From Candidatus Eiseniibacteriota bacterium (GTDB lineage: Bacteria; Eisenbacteria; RBG-16-71-46; CAVPCR01): DNA of 64,000 nucleotides. The DNA lies in the NCBI GenBank assembly GCA_963702435.1, contig CAVPCR010000001.1, forward strand, positions 64,001 through 128,000. Reading direction: 5' to 3'. A model generated the notes under the pieces. The model saw nothing but the letters and a program-made list of their open reading frames with translations, did no database searches and was not told where the DNA came from. Shown here one piece after another: positions 38,318-47,630 of the stretch (the stretch's first letter is position 1; each line of letters begins with the position of its first letter). The position numbers were made by a program, and so were the translations under genes.

Positions 38318-39634
38318 TCAGAACGGACTCGAGGGCTGGACGAGCACGTACTCCCCGAAGCCCCCGGTGTCGGCGAAGACGAACGTGAGATTCCGATCGG
38401 TGTAGCGCCAGATCTCGTAGGCGGGCGTGTTGAAACCGGAGGGCACCTGCTCGACGTCGTTCGGCTCGCCGTAACGGATGTAGACCTTGCCGCGATCGGT
38501 GTCCCAACCCGGCCGGCCGCGCTCGACATAGCGATCGGCCGCCACCCGCACACGGGCGATGAACTCCTCGAGGCGCTCGTTCTCGGGCGTCGACGGGTCG
38601 GGATCGCGCTCCTTCCAGAACTCCTCCCAGCGCGCCCGGCGCTCCCCCGCCGGCACGCCGCGGAGCACCTCGGCCTCGTCGCCGAGGTAGTAGCCCGCCA
38701 GCTGCACGTAGTCATCGTAGTTGCGATCGATGTCGATGCGGCTCGCGTCGATCTCGAACTCGCGCGCGGCCCGCCCCTCTTCACCGCGATACACGGCGAC
38801 GATCTCGGCGCGGTAGGTGCCGGGGCCGAGCGAGTCGACCGGGACCGCCGCCAGGAATTCGCTCCGTTCGCCGGCCATCGCCAGCGTGTACGCCCGCATC
38901 GTCTCGACCCGGTCGGCCGGCCCCAGGATGCGAAGAGTGACCGGCACCGACTCGCCGGCGACGGCACCGCGCGCGAAGACCTCGCCGCGCAGGCAGACGT
39001 GGGGCAGCGGGTCGCCGAACCGGCGGGTGAGGCTCGTCGTGAACGCGGTCGCCCGCGCATCGGCGAGCCCACCCAGCGAGTCGGCGCACGTGCCGATCTC
39101 GATCGCCGAGATCTGCACGCCCTCGGCCGAGAGCGGGGCCACGTAGATGGAGCGGGTGGCGGTCGAACCGCTCACCTGGCCGATCGTCGACAGCGAGACC
39201 TCGAGCTCGTACTGACCGGGAGGCAGGGTGAAGTCCGCGTACGTGTTGAAGGTCTTCTTGCTCGACTGGGTGTCCTTGTAGCGCTCCGCGGTCGTCGAGT
39301 GGCGCCAGACGTCGCCCGCGACCTGGCGACCCCCGCTGTCGAAGAAGATGGCGGCGATCTCGAACGAGGCCTCGTAGCCGCCGCCGGCGCGCTTGGCGAA
39401 GGGAAGCTGGCTCAAGGGCGCCGAGATCGTGATGCGCACCCCGGTCGTCGCTCCGTCGCCGATGAGCGACGTCGTGTCCACATAGAAGATCGGCGGCGAC
39501 ACCGAGCGGCTGGGCAGATCGGTGAGATCGTCCGGGGGCGCGGGCGGCGCGCTCCCCCCGCACCCGGCGAGGACGGCCAGGGCGGCGAGGCCCGCGATGC
39601 GAGCGAAGGCTCTCAGGCGATGAAGGGATGACAT
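38318..39634 (-). CDS. GWxTD domain-containing lipoprotein
   Basis: Lipobox VLAG-C, FWKERDPDPSTPENE, GWDTDRGKVYIRYGEP, YEIWRY, FVFAD. Confidence 0.92.
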   Translation of the reverse strand: MSSLHRLRAFARIAGLAALAVLAGCGGSAPPAPPDDLTDLPSRSVSPPIFYVDTTSLIGDGATTGVRITISAPLSQLPFAKRAGGGYEASFEIAAIFFDSGGRQVAGDVWRHSTTAERYKDTQSSKKTFNTYADFTLPPGQYELEVSLSTIGQVSGSTATRSIYVAPLSAEGVQISAIEIGTCADSLGGLADARATAFTTSLTRRFGDPLPHVCLRGEVFARGAVAGESVPVTLRILGPADRVETMRAYTLAMAGERSEFLAAVPVDSLGPGTYRAEIVAVYRGEEGRAAREFEIDASRIDIDRNYDDYVQLAGYYLGDEAEVLRGVPAGERRARWEEFWKERDPDPSTPENERLEEFIARVRVAADRYVERGRPGWDTDRGKVYIRYGEPNDVEQVPSGFNTPAYEIWRYTDRNLTFVFADTGGFGEYVLVQPSSPF

Positions 39635-39674
39635 CGGGTGGTTCTCGGGCGCGGGAACGCGCGCGCGGTGCGGC

Positions 39675-39704
39675 AGACTAGGCAGGCGGCGCGGAGCGTG
39701 TCAA
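39675..39704 (-). promoter_or_regulatory. sigma70-type promoter for the GWxTD operon
   Basis: TTGACA-N18-TAGTCT. Confidence 0.55.
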
Positions 39705-39781
39705 GCGGACCGCCCCGCCCCGGGACCGCCCCCGGCGCTCGCGCGATCTCGCGCCCCGGCGCCCGCAGGCGGGCCCGCGCG

Positions 39782-40387
39782 TCACCGCGCGGCGGCGAGC
39801 GCACGCTTGACGAGCTCGTCGAGAGCGAGCGGAGCGTCGGTCGCCGCCAGCACGCGCCGGGCGGCCTCGACCGCCGCCGCGTTCGAGTAGCCGAGCGAGA
39901 CCATGGCGGCCACCGCGTCCCGGTAGATCTCGGGCGGGCAGCCGAGGGCCCGTGCCGCCGCGGCGGCCACCGGCTCGAGGCCGGTCTGCGGCAGGCGGTC
40001 GCGGAGCTCGACGACCAGGCGCTCCGCCGTCTTCTTGCCGATCCCCGGAATCGCCCGCAGGACATCCACCTCGCCGCCCGTGATCGCGTTGCGCAGGCGT
40101 TCGAGCTCGATGCCGGAGAGGATCGCGAGCCCGGTCTTCGGTCCGATCCCCGACACGGTGATCAGCGCGCGGAAGAGGTCGCGCTCCTCGGGCGTGGCGA
40201 AGGCGAAGAGCTGGGCCGCATCCTCGCGCAGGGCGAGATGGGTGAGCAGCGTGACCTCGGCCCCGGCGGCGGGCAGCCGCTCGAAGGTGGAGACCGGGAT
40301 CGCCACATCGTAGCCGACGCCCGCGACTTCGATGAGGGCGTGCGTCGGCAGCTTCTCGACGAGGACGCCGCGGAGACGTGCGATCAC
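39782..40387 (-). CDS. ruvA: Holliday junction branch migration protein RuvA
   Basis: MIARLRG, GVGYDV, REDAAQLFAF, LITVSGIGPK, IPGIGKKTAERLVVELRD. Confidence 0.98.
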   Translation of the reverse strand: MIARLRGVLVEKLPTHALIEVAGVGYDVAIPVSTFERLPAAGAEVTLLTHLALREDAAQLFAFATPEERDLFRALITVSGIGPKTGLAILSGIELERLRNAITGGEVDVLRAIPGIGKKTAERLVVELRDRLPQTGLEPVAAAAARALGCPPEIYRDAVAAMVSLGYSNAAAVEAARRVLAATDAPLALDELVKRALAAAR

Positions 40388-40929
40388 GGCTCGCGCCTCC
40401 GCGGGGCGGCCCCGCCGGCGCGGGAGTCGCCGCCGCCCGCCGCGCGCGCGAAGAGGGCGTCGCTCTCCATCCGGTACACGTGACAGAGGGCGACGGCGAT
40501 CGCATCCGCGGCGTCGAGCGCCAGGCGCTCCGGCGTCGCGAGCACCCGCTGAACCATCGCCCGCACCTGCCCCTTCGCCGCGCCCCCGCTGCCGGTCACC
40601 GCCATCTTGATCTCGCGCGGCGCGTACTCGGATACCCGCGCGCCGCCGCTCGCCGCGGCGAGGAGCGCGATGCCGCGGGCATGCCCGAGCACGATGGCGG
40701 AACGCGCGCTCTTGGCGTGGAAGACGCTCTCGACCGCGACCTCGGCCGGAGCGTGGCGGGCGACGAGCTCGCGCAGGGCCCGATCGATGGCGAGGAGCCG
40801 CTCGGCGAGCGGCGCGCGGGCCGGCGGCCGGATCACGCCGGCGGCAACGAGCCGCGGGCGCTCGGCGCTTCCGGCGAGGAATCCGTAGCCCGTCGCGCAG
40901 GCCCCGGGGTCGATGCCGAGGATCACCAC
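40384..40929 (-). CDS. ruvC: crossover junction endodeoxyribonuclease RuvC
   Basis: ILGIDPG..TGYG, VAVESVF, LGHARG, EYAPREIK.AVTGSGGAAK, DAADAIAVALCH. Confidence 0.97.
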   Translation of the reverse strand: MVILGIDPGACATGYGFLAGSAERPRLVAAGVIRPPARAPLAERLLAIDRALRELVARHAPAEVAVESVFHAKSARSAIVLGHARGIALLAAASGGARVSEYAPREIKMAVTGSGGAAKGQVRAMVQRVLATPERLALDAADAIAVALCHVYRMESDALFARAAGGGDSRAGGAAPRRREP

Positions 40930-40949
40930 GGGGTGGAGTCGCTCCGCGC

Positions 40950-41708
40950 TCAGGCCGCCGAGGTCAGGCTGGCCATCACGTCGTCGGAGATATCGAAGTT
41001 CGCCCAGACGTTCTGAACGTCGTCGTGCTCCTCGAGGGCGTCGAGGAGCTTGAGCAGCTTCGAGGCCGCGTCGCGCTCGAGATGGACCGAGGTCGTCGGC
41101 AACCGCACGCGACGCACGTCGTGGTGCGGGATCGACTTCTGCTCGAGCTGGCGCGCCACCTGGTGCAGCGCCTGCGGCTCGGTGAGGATCTCGTAGTACT
41201 CCTCGGCGTCGGTCGAGACGTCGGTGGCGCCGGCCTCGGCCGCGATCTCGATGATCGACTCCTCGTCGCACACCTTGCGATCGACCTGGATCGAGCCGCA
41301 ATCGGTGAACAGGAAGCCCACGCAGCCCGTCTCGCCCATGTTGCCGCCGGCGCGGGAGAGGATGTGGCGGATGTCCGACGTCGTGCGGTTCTTGTTGTCG
41401 GTGAGGACGTCGATCATGAGGGCGACCCCGCCCGGGGCGTAGCCCTCGTAGGTGAAGTCCTCGTACCGCTCGCCCTCGAGCTCGCCGATGCCCTTCTTGA
41501 TCGCGCGCTCGATGTTGGCCGCCGGCATCGCGTTGGCCTTGCCGGTCTGGATCGCCGCGCGCAGCCGCGCGTTGCCGTCGGGATCGCCGCCGCCGTCGCG
41601 GGCGGCGATCGTGATCTCACGGATCAGCTTCCCGAAGAGCCGCCCCCGCTCCTGGTCGGCCTTGCCCTTCTTGCGCTTGATCTGGCTCCACTTCGAATGG
41701 CCTGACAT
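40950..41708 (-). CDS. yebC: YebC/PmpR family protein
   Basis: MSGHSKWSQIKRKK, GGGDPDGNARLR, YEGYAPGG, TDNKNRT, LEEHDDVQNVWAN. Confidence 0.97.
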   Translation of the reverse strand: MSGHSKWSQIKRKKGKADQERGRLFGKLIREITIAARDGGGDPDGNARLRAAIQTGKANAMPAANIERAIKKGIGELEGERYEDFTYEGYAPGGVALMIDVLTDNKNRTTSDIRHILSRAGGNMGETGCVGFLFTDCGSIQVDRKVCDEESIIEIAAEAGATDVSTDAEEYYEILTEPQALHQVARQLEQKSIPHHDVRRVRLPTTSVHLERDAASKLLKLLDALEEHDDVQNVWANFDISDDVMASLTSAA

Positions 41709-41750
41709 AGCCGCTCCTTCGAGCCCGGACGCCGGCCGGCGCGAGCCAGC

Positions 41751-43835
41751 CTATTCCTTCTCCGTGTCCTTCTCGCGGTGCTTGGCCGCCTCCGCCACCA
41801 CCTTCTCCTGGACGTCGGGGGCCACTTCCTCGTAGTGCGAGAACTTCTCCGCGTGCCAGGCCCGCCCCTGGGTCAGCGAGCGCAGCGTCGTCGAGTAGCG
41901 ATACATCTCGGCTTGCGGCACCTGGGCACGCAGGCACTTGCGCTTGCCCACGCTCTCCATCCCGAGGATCTTGCCCCGCTTCGAGGAGATGTCCCCCATC
42001 ACGTCGCCCATGTAGTCGTCGGGCACCATGATCTCGACCTCGAGGATCGGCTCGAGCAGCACGGGACGCGCCTGCTCGAAGCCTTCCTTGAAAGCCTTGG
42101 TCGCCGCCAGCTTGAACGCCATTTCGGAGGAGTCGACGGCATGGTACTAGCCGTAATAGAGCGCCACGGCCACGTCCACGACCGGACAGCCGGCGATGAC
42201 GCCATCGACCATGGTCTCGCGCACGCCCTTCTCGACCGCCGGGATGAACTTGTTGGGTACGACGCCGCCCACCACCTCGTCGAGGAACTTGAATCCCTCG
42301 CCGCGGGCCAGGGGCTCGAGCCGGAGATGCACGTCGCCGAACTGGCCGCGGCCGCCGGTCTGCTTCTTGTGCCTCCCGTGCACCTCCACCTTGGCGCGAA
42401 TGGTCTCGCGGTAGGGCACGCGGGGCTTCACGAGCTCGACCTGGACGGCGAACCGGCGCTTCAAGCGCTTGGTGAGGAGATCGAGGTGGAGATCCCCCAT
42501 CCCGGAGAGGAGGATCTGATGCAGTTCCGCATCCTGGGTGAGATGGTAGGTGGGATCCTCTTCGATCAGGCGCGCGAGCCCGGTCGCCATCTTGTCCTCT
42601 TCGCCGCGCACCTTGCTCGTCACCGCCTCGGTGAGGGTCGGGGCCGGGAAGCGGATCGGCGGCAGCATGGCGTTGACCTCGCGCTCGCAGAGGGTGTTGC
42701 CGGTGTGCACGTCCTTGAGCTTGATCGCGGCGCCGAGATCGCCCGCCACGAGGGCCGGCACGTCCTTGCGCTCCTTGCCCTGGACCCAGGCCAGGTGCCC
42801 GAGACGCGCCGTGTTCGAGCGGCTCGGATTGACGAGGTCGAGCCCGGGCGCGGCCCTCCCGGAGTACACGCGGACGAAGGCGAGCTCTCCGGCCTGCCCT
42901 TCGCTTGTGGACTTCCAGACGAAGAGCGAGACCTTGCCGGCGGCATCGGGTGCGACCTTGACCTCGGTCTCGCCGCGCCGGGCCGCAACCGGGCCGCGGG
43001 CGACCGGGGAAGGCAATTCGGCCACGATCGTGTCGAGGAGGAAGCTGACGCCTGCGAGCTTGAGCGCAGCGACCGGCACCGCGGGGAAGATGGCACCGGC
43101 GAGGAATCCGGACGTGAGTCCCCCCAGGATCTCCTGCGGCGTGAGCTCCTGGCCTTCCAGGTACTTCTCGAGGAGCGCGTCATCCCCCTCGGCCGCGGCG
43201 TCGATCAGGGCCGAGCGCGCCTTGGCCACCCGGTCGCCGAGGTCGCCCGGGACGGGGATCTCGACCCGCGAGCCGTCGTCCTTGAACTCGTAGGCCTTCA
43301 TGGTCAGCAGATCGACCACACCCTTGAAGCCCGGCCCGACCCCGATCGGGAGAGCGAGGGCGACTACATGATCGGCGAGCTCGGCGGCCGACTCGAGAAC
43401 GCGGTCGAAGTTCGCATTGTCGCGATCCATCTGGCTCACGACGATCATGGTCGGCAGCCCGTTGTCGCGCACGCGCTCCCACACGTTGTCGGTGGCGGCT
43501 TCCACCCCCGCATCGGCCCGCAGGAGAAAGAGCGCCGCATCGGCCACCCGCAGCCCCGCCGTCTGCTCGCCGACGAAGTCGGCATAGCCCGGCGTGTCGA
43601 TCAGGTTGATCTTGTGCCCTTTCCACTCGACGAAGGCGAGCTTCGCCGCCAGCGTGAACTTGCGCTCGATCTCGTCCTCGGTGTGATCGAGGGTGCTCGT
43701 GCCCTCGTCCACGCGGCCGAGCCGGCTCGTCACCTTGCCGAGGAAGAGCATGGCTTCGGCGAGCGACGTCTTGCCGGTGCCGCCGTGCGACACCAGCACC
43801 ACATTGCGAAGCTCCTGGGTCCCGTACTCCTTCAA
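41751..43835 (-). CDS. fusA: elongation factor G paralog (EF-G2-like) with an in-frame TAG at 42147-42149 (pseudogene, base error or readthrough)
   Basis: [46 protein letters not shown], then [15 protein letters not shown] continuing in the same frame to LLEPI...LRSLTQGR. Confidence 0.9.
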
Positions 43836-43970
43836 GATGCGAACCTCCCCTTCGTCCTGCCCGCCGCGGGCGGCGGCGAGCGACGGCCGCGAGCGGCACC
43901 CGGGCCGTCCCCTCGCAAGGGTCTCGCACGGCCCGACTCAACCCCACAACTTGTTAGAGCCAAATAAGAT

Positions 43971-43999
43971 AGGCTATCACGAGAGGAAATCGGGGTCAA
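43971..43999 (-). promoter_or_regulatory. sigma70 promoter for the EF-G paralog operon
   Basis: TTGACC-N17-TAGCCT with an extended TG. Confidence 0.55.
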
Positions 44000-44187
44000 G
44001 CCGCCGGGACACGCCTGCACCACGCCACCCGTGGCCGCGAACGCTACCACATGGGCGCCGAAGGCGGAAGGCGAAGCCACGTCGGGCGGCGCCCCGGGGC
44101 CTCTCCGCCCCTCCCATAGAGAACGTAACTAGCTGCAAGATATATAGATAGAGAGACTGTCGAGCCTCGGCGGGCGGGGTTTTGTGC

Positions 44188-44216
44188 TTTACATGAGGCG
44201 CCTTTCACCGTTTAAT
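44188..44216 (+). promoter_or_regulatory. sigma70 promoter for the PPDK_N gene
   Basis: TTTACA-N17-TTTAAT, followed by a GAGGAG RBS. Confidence 0.55.
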
Positions 44217-44258
44217 CTGTAGGCCTGTCGTTTCTTCCTTCCTCGAGGAGCGGATTGC

Positions 44259-45365
44259 ATGGATGAACATGTTGTTGGCTTGGAGGAGCTTGGTCGCGCG
44301 AGCGTGAACCAGGCCGGCGCCAAGGGTGCGCTCTTGGGTGAGGTCCTGGCGCGGGGCGTCCCCGTGCCCAGGGGCTTCTGTCTCACCACCCTCGCATACG
44401 ATCACTTCCTCCAGGTCTCCGGTGTGGGAGAGGCGGCGGCCGCGTTCCATGCGCTCGCCCCCGGCCCGGAGGCAACCCGGGCCGCAGAAGCGATCAACGC
44501 TCGCATCAGCGAGGCCGCGATCCCGCCCGAGGTGGCGTTCGGCCTGTCCACGGTGTACCGCGAGCTCGGGCAGCGGCCGCGCGTCGCGGTCCGCCCGTCG
44601 CTCGCCTATGACGACCTGATGAGGAGCCCGGTTTCCGGACATCTCGAGCCGCATCTCAACGTGTCCGGCGAGAAGGACCTCTTCCAGGCCGTGCGCGACA
44701 TGTGGGCCCTCATCTGGCAGCCGGCGGTGATCGCGGCCTGCCAGCGCGGCGGCATCGATCACGCGCGCCTCAAGCCTGCCGTGCTGATCCAGCTCATGAT
44801 CCATCCGGTGTGCTCGGGCACCATCTTCACCGCCGATCCCGGCACCGGCGATCGCGACCGCCTCGTCATCACGGCCTTCTGGGGGATGGGGCCCGGCATG
44901 TCCGGCCAGTCGATTCCCGACACCTACCATGTGGACCGCAAGACGATGACGCTGCGCTACAAGCGGATCGTGCCGAAGGAGGTCATGGTCTCGGCAAACG
45001 GGGTCGTGCCCGTGCCGAAGAACCGCCGCAACTCGGTCGTGCTCAAGGACGCCGCCATCCGCGAGCTCTGCTCGATGGCGATCAACGTCGAGCAGATCAT
45101 CGCCGAGCCGGCGGAGATCGCCTGGTGCACCGTGACCGGAAACCGCACGATGGTGCTCGAGGCCCTGCCGGTCGGCGAGATCGAGACGCTCCCCGGCGAG
45201 GAGCCCGCCCACGAGTCCGCGCCCGCGCACGACCGGGATGTCGCGAGCGACGCGGATGTCGCGCCCGACGCGGAAGGAGCCGGCGGTGACGACGCGCCGG
45301 CAGGCGGCGAGGACGCGGGCGCCAACGGCTCGAGCGCCGGCGCGGAGTGGCTCCGCAGCGACTGA
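44259..45365 (+). CDS. stand-alone PEP/pyruvate-binding (PPDK_N, PEP synthase N-terminal-like) domain protein
   Basis: AGAKGALLGE, GVPVPRGFCLTT.AY, VAVRPS, LNVSG, AVLIQLMI..CSGTIFTADP.TG, WGMG, PDTY. No phospho-His domain. Confidence 0.88.
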   Translation: MDEHVVGLEELGRASVNQAGAKGALLGEVLARGVPVPRGFCLTTLAYDHFLQVSGVGEAAAAFHALAPGPEATRAAEAINARISEAAIPPEVAFGLSTVYRELGQRPRVAVRPSLAYDDLMRSPVSGHLEPHLNVSGEKDLFQAVRDMWALIWQPAVIAACQRGGIDHARLKPAVLIQLMIHPVCSGTIFTADPGTGDRDRLVITAFWGMGPGMSGQSIPDTYHVDRKTMTLRYKRIVPKEVMVSANGVVPVPKNRRNSVVLKDAAIRELCSMAINVEQIIAEPAEIAWCTVTGNRTMVLEALPVGEIETLPGEEPAHESAPAHDRDVASDADVAPDAEGAGGDDAPAGGEDAGANGSSAGAEWLRSD

Positions 45366-45394
45366 GCGGACCGGAGCGGACGGGCCCTCTCGAT

Positions 45395-46219
45395 CTAGGA
45401 AGGAAGCGTGCGCAGCTGCGCCACGAGCTCGCGCACCACGGCGGCGTTCCCCGCCGCGATCCGGTAGCGGCGATCAGGGTCCTCCGCCGGCGGCGTCGCG
45501 AGCGGGAAGATCGGTCCTCCGTCGAAGCTCTCGACGCGGCCTCCGGCCTCGGTGACGAGGAGAATGCCCGGGGCGATGTCCCACAGGTACGGGCGGTTCG
45601 CCACCACGCCGTCGAGCGCCCCGGCGGCGACCAGCGCGAGCTCCATGCTCATCGAGCCCAGGCTCCGGAACTTCCTGGTCGGCAGGACGTCGTAGAGCCG
45701 TTCGGCTTCCCTGCGCAGGAATCGGTGCCTGACCGCAATCAATGACGAGGGGCCGAGCGGCTCGTTCCTCACCCGGATCGGAACCCCGTTCCGCCACGCG
45801 CCCCGCTCTCTCTCCGCGGTGTAGGTCTCCCCGCGGAGCGGATCGTGGATGACCGCAACGACCGGGGCATCATCGGCGAGGACCGCGATCGCCACCGCGA
45901 AGAACGGCACGCCGGCGATGAAGTTCTGGGTGCCGTCGAGCCCGTCCAGGGTCCAGCACCAGGCGCGGTCACCGGCATGGAAGCCCCCCTCCTCGGCGAG
46001 AATCGAGTCGCCCGGAAAGGCGCCGGTGATGTACTCGCGCACCACCGCTTCCGCGGCATGGTCGGCCTCGGTCACCATCGAATCGCCGCGCTTCAGGCGC
46101 GTGCGGAGCGGCTTCTGGAAGAAACCGGCAAGCACCCGCCCGGCGGCGACGGCGGCGGCCTCGGCGGTGGCCCGGCGGCCCTCGATGGCGGCGCGGTTCA
46201 TGGGCAGTGGCTGAGCCAC
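45395..46219 (-). CDS. suhB: inositol monophosphatase family protein
   Basis: VTEADHAAE, ILAEE, WTLDGLDGTQNF, RSLGS, WDIAPGILLVTEAGG. Confidence 0.88.
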   Translation of the reverse strand: MAQPLPMNRAAIEGRRATAEAAAVAAGRVLAGFFQKPLRTRLKRGDSMVTEADHAAEAVVREYITGAFPGDSILAEEGGFHAGDRAWCWTLDGLDGTQNFIAGVPFFAVAIAVLADDAPVVAVIHDPLRGETYTAERERGAWRNGVPIRVRNEPLGPSSLIAVRHRFLRREAERLYDVLPTRKFRSLGSMSMELALVAAGALDGVVANRPYLWDIAPGILLVTEAGGRVESFDGGPIFPLATPPAEDPDRRYRIAAGNAAVVRELVAQLRTLPS

Positions 46220-46656
46220 GACTCCCCGTCCCGGTAGACTTCCTTCTTCCAGATCGGGGCCCGCGCCTTGAGCTCGTCGATCACGTAGCGCGCGGCGAGG
46301 AAAGCCTCGGCGCGGTGCACTCCGGCCACGGCCACCACCACCGCCACGTCGCCGAGGGCGAGATCTCCCGTGCGGTGATGCACCGCGACGCGGACGATGC
46401 CGAAGCGGGCGCGGGCCTCATCCGCGATGGCTGTGATCTCGCGCACCGCCATCGGCGCAAAGGCCTCGTAGTGAAGGGAGCGCACCTCGCGCCCGCGATT
46501 CTCGTCGCGCACGGTGCCGGCGAAGAGCACGGTGCCGCCGGCGCCCGGCGTGGCGACCAGCGCCGCCACGCGCGCCGGATCGATCGGCGTCGCCGTGAGC
46601 GCGACCGACGGGGCGGGCGGGGCGGCTGCTGCGGGCCGGGACGCGGGGCTCGTCAT
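46198..46656 (-). CDS. moaE: molybdopterin synthase catalytic subunit
   Basis: GGTVLFAGTVR, LHYEAFAPMA, HRTGDL, HRAEAF, IDELKARAPIWKKE. Confidence 0.96.
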   Translation of the reverse strand: MTSPASRPAAAAPPAPSVALTATPIDPARVAALVATPGAGGTVLFAGTVRDENRGREVRSLHYEAFAPMAVREITAIADEARARFGIVRVAVHHRTGDLALGDVAVVVAVAGVHRAEAFLAARYVIDELKARAPIWKKEVYRDGESWLSHCP

Positions 46657-46678
46657 CGAATCGTCGTGCTCGCTCTCT

Positions 46679-46942
46679 CTAGCCGCCGCAGGTGGGCGGG
46701 ATCAGGGCCAGCTCGTCACCGGGCGCGAGCGGGCGCCCGGGATCGGCATACTCGGCATTGACGGCGAGACGGAGGCTCGGCGCGAACTCCGCCAGCGCCG
46801 GGTAGCGCGCGACGAGCGCCGCGAGCGCGCCGCCCGCGGTGGTCGCCGGCGGCAACGCGAGCTCGACCCGCGCCACACCGGCCGCCTCGCGCACGGAGGC
46901 GAAGAGGAGCACGTCGATCGTCATCGCCGGCTCGACCGTCAT
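46679..46942 (-). CDS. moaD: molybdopterin synthase sulfur carrier subunit
   Basis: VLLFASVREAAG, LAVNAEYA, GDELALIPPTCGG (C-terminal GG). Confidence 0.93.
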   Translation of the reverse strand: MTVEPAMTIDVLLFASVREAAGVARVELALPPATTAGGALAALVARYPALAEFAPSLRLAVNAEYADPGRPLAPGDELALIPPTCGG

Positions 46943-47490
46943 GACGGGGCGCTCTCGATCTCGTGCCGCGCGAGCTCGGCGGCGAACGCCGCGAACGCCT
47001 CGTCGCCCCACAGGCAGAAGGTGACCCGCTCGAGATGGCTTCCGGGAAGGAGGAAAGCGATCGCCGTCCCGAGCATGACCTGGGCGGCGCGCTCGAGCGG
47101 GAAACCGTAGACGCCCGTCGAGATGGCGGGGAGCGCGATCCAGCGGAAGCCCCGCTCCTCGGCGAGCGCGAGGCTTGCGCGCGTGGCGCGGGCGAGCTTC
47201 TCCTCTTCATCGCCCTCGCCCAGGCGCGGGCCCACGGCGTGGATCACATGCCGGGCCGGGAGATCCCCGCCCCCGGTCATGACCGCCCCGCCGACATCCA
47301 CCGGCGCGAGCAGATCGCACTCGTCCTGGATCGACGGCCCGCCCCGATCGTAGATGGCGCCGGCCACCCCGTCCCCGAGGACGAGCTCCGAGTTCGCCGC
47401 GTTGACGATGGCGTCGGCCGGAATGTCGGTCAGGTCGCCCGCGACGAGCTCGAGGCGCGTCGTGCCCACGGTCACCTGGATCGGCTGCAT
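46939..47490 (-). CDS. macro domain (ADP-ribose binding/hydrolase, YmdB/MacroD-like) protein
   Basis: GDLT, DAIVNAAN..L..GDGVAGAI, VIHAVGP, IALPAISTGVYGFP. Confidence 0.95.
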   Translation of the reverse strand: MQPIQVTVGTTRLELVAGDLTDIPADAIVNAANSELVLGDGVAGAIYDRGGPSIQDECDLLAPVDVGGAVMTGGGDLPARHVIHAVGPRLGEGDEEEKLARATRASLALAEERGFRWIALPAISTGVYGFPLERAAQVMLGTAIAFLLPGSHLERVTFCLWGDEAFAAFAAELARHEIESAPS

Positions 47491-47630
47491 TGCGGTGTCC
47501 TCGTCTGGCGGCGCGTGGTCTATGCTGATCCGGGGCGCGGCCGGGGGTGCGGCGCCCGCATCGAGGAATCTTACGGCGCGGCGCGCCGCTCGGCAACCGG
47601 CGGCCGGCGCGCGGCCGGCCCTTATCGCCC

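Noticed and set aside
42147..42149. Genome-wide TAG reassignment or selenocysteine
   Set aside because: Many genes here end at TAG at their expected C-termini (ppiD, tatA, moaD, rodA), and selenocysteine uses TGA.
41778..43967. Long antisense ORFs such as 41778..43967, 9269..11044, 47622..49637, 53659..55692 and 61674..63776
   Set aside because: Each mirrors a well-supported gene on the opposite strand.
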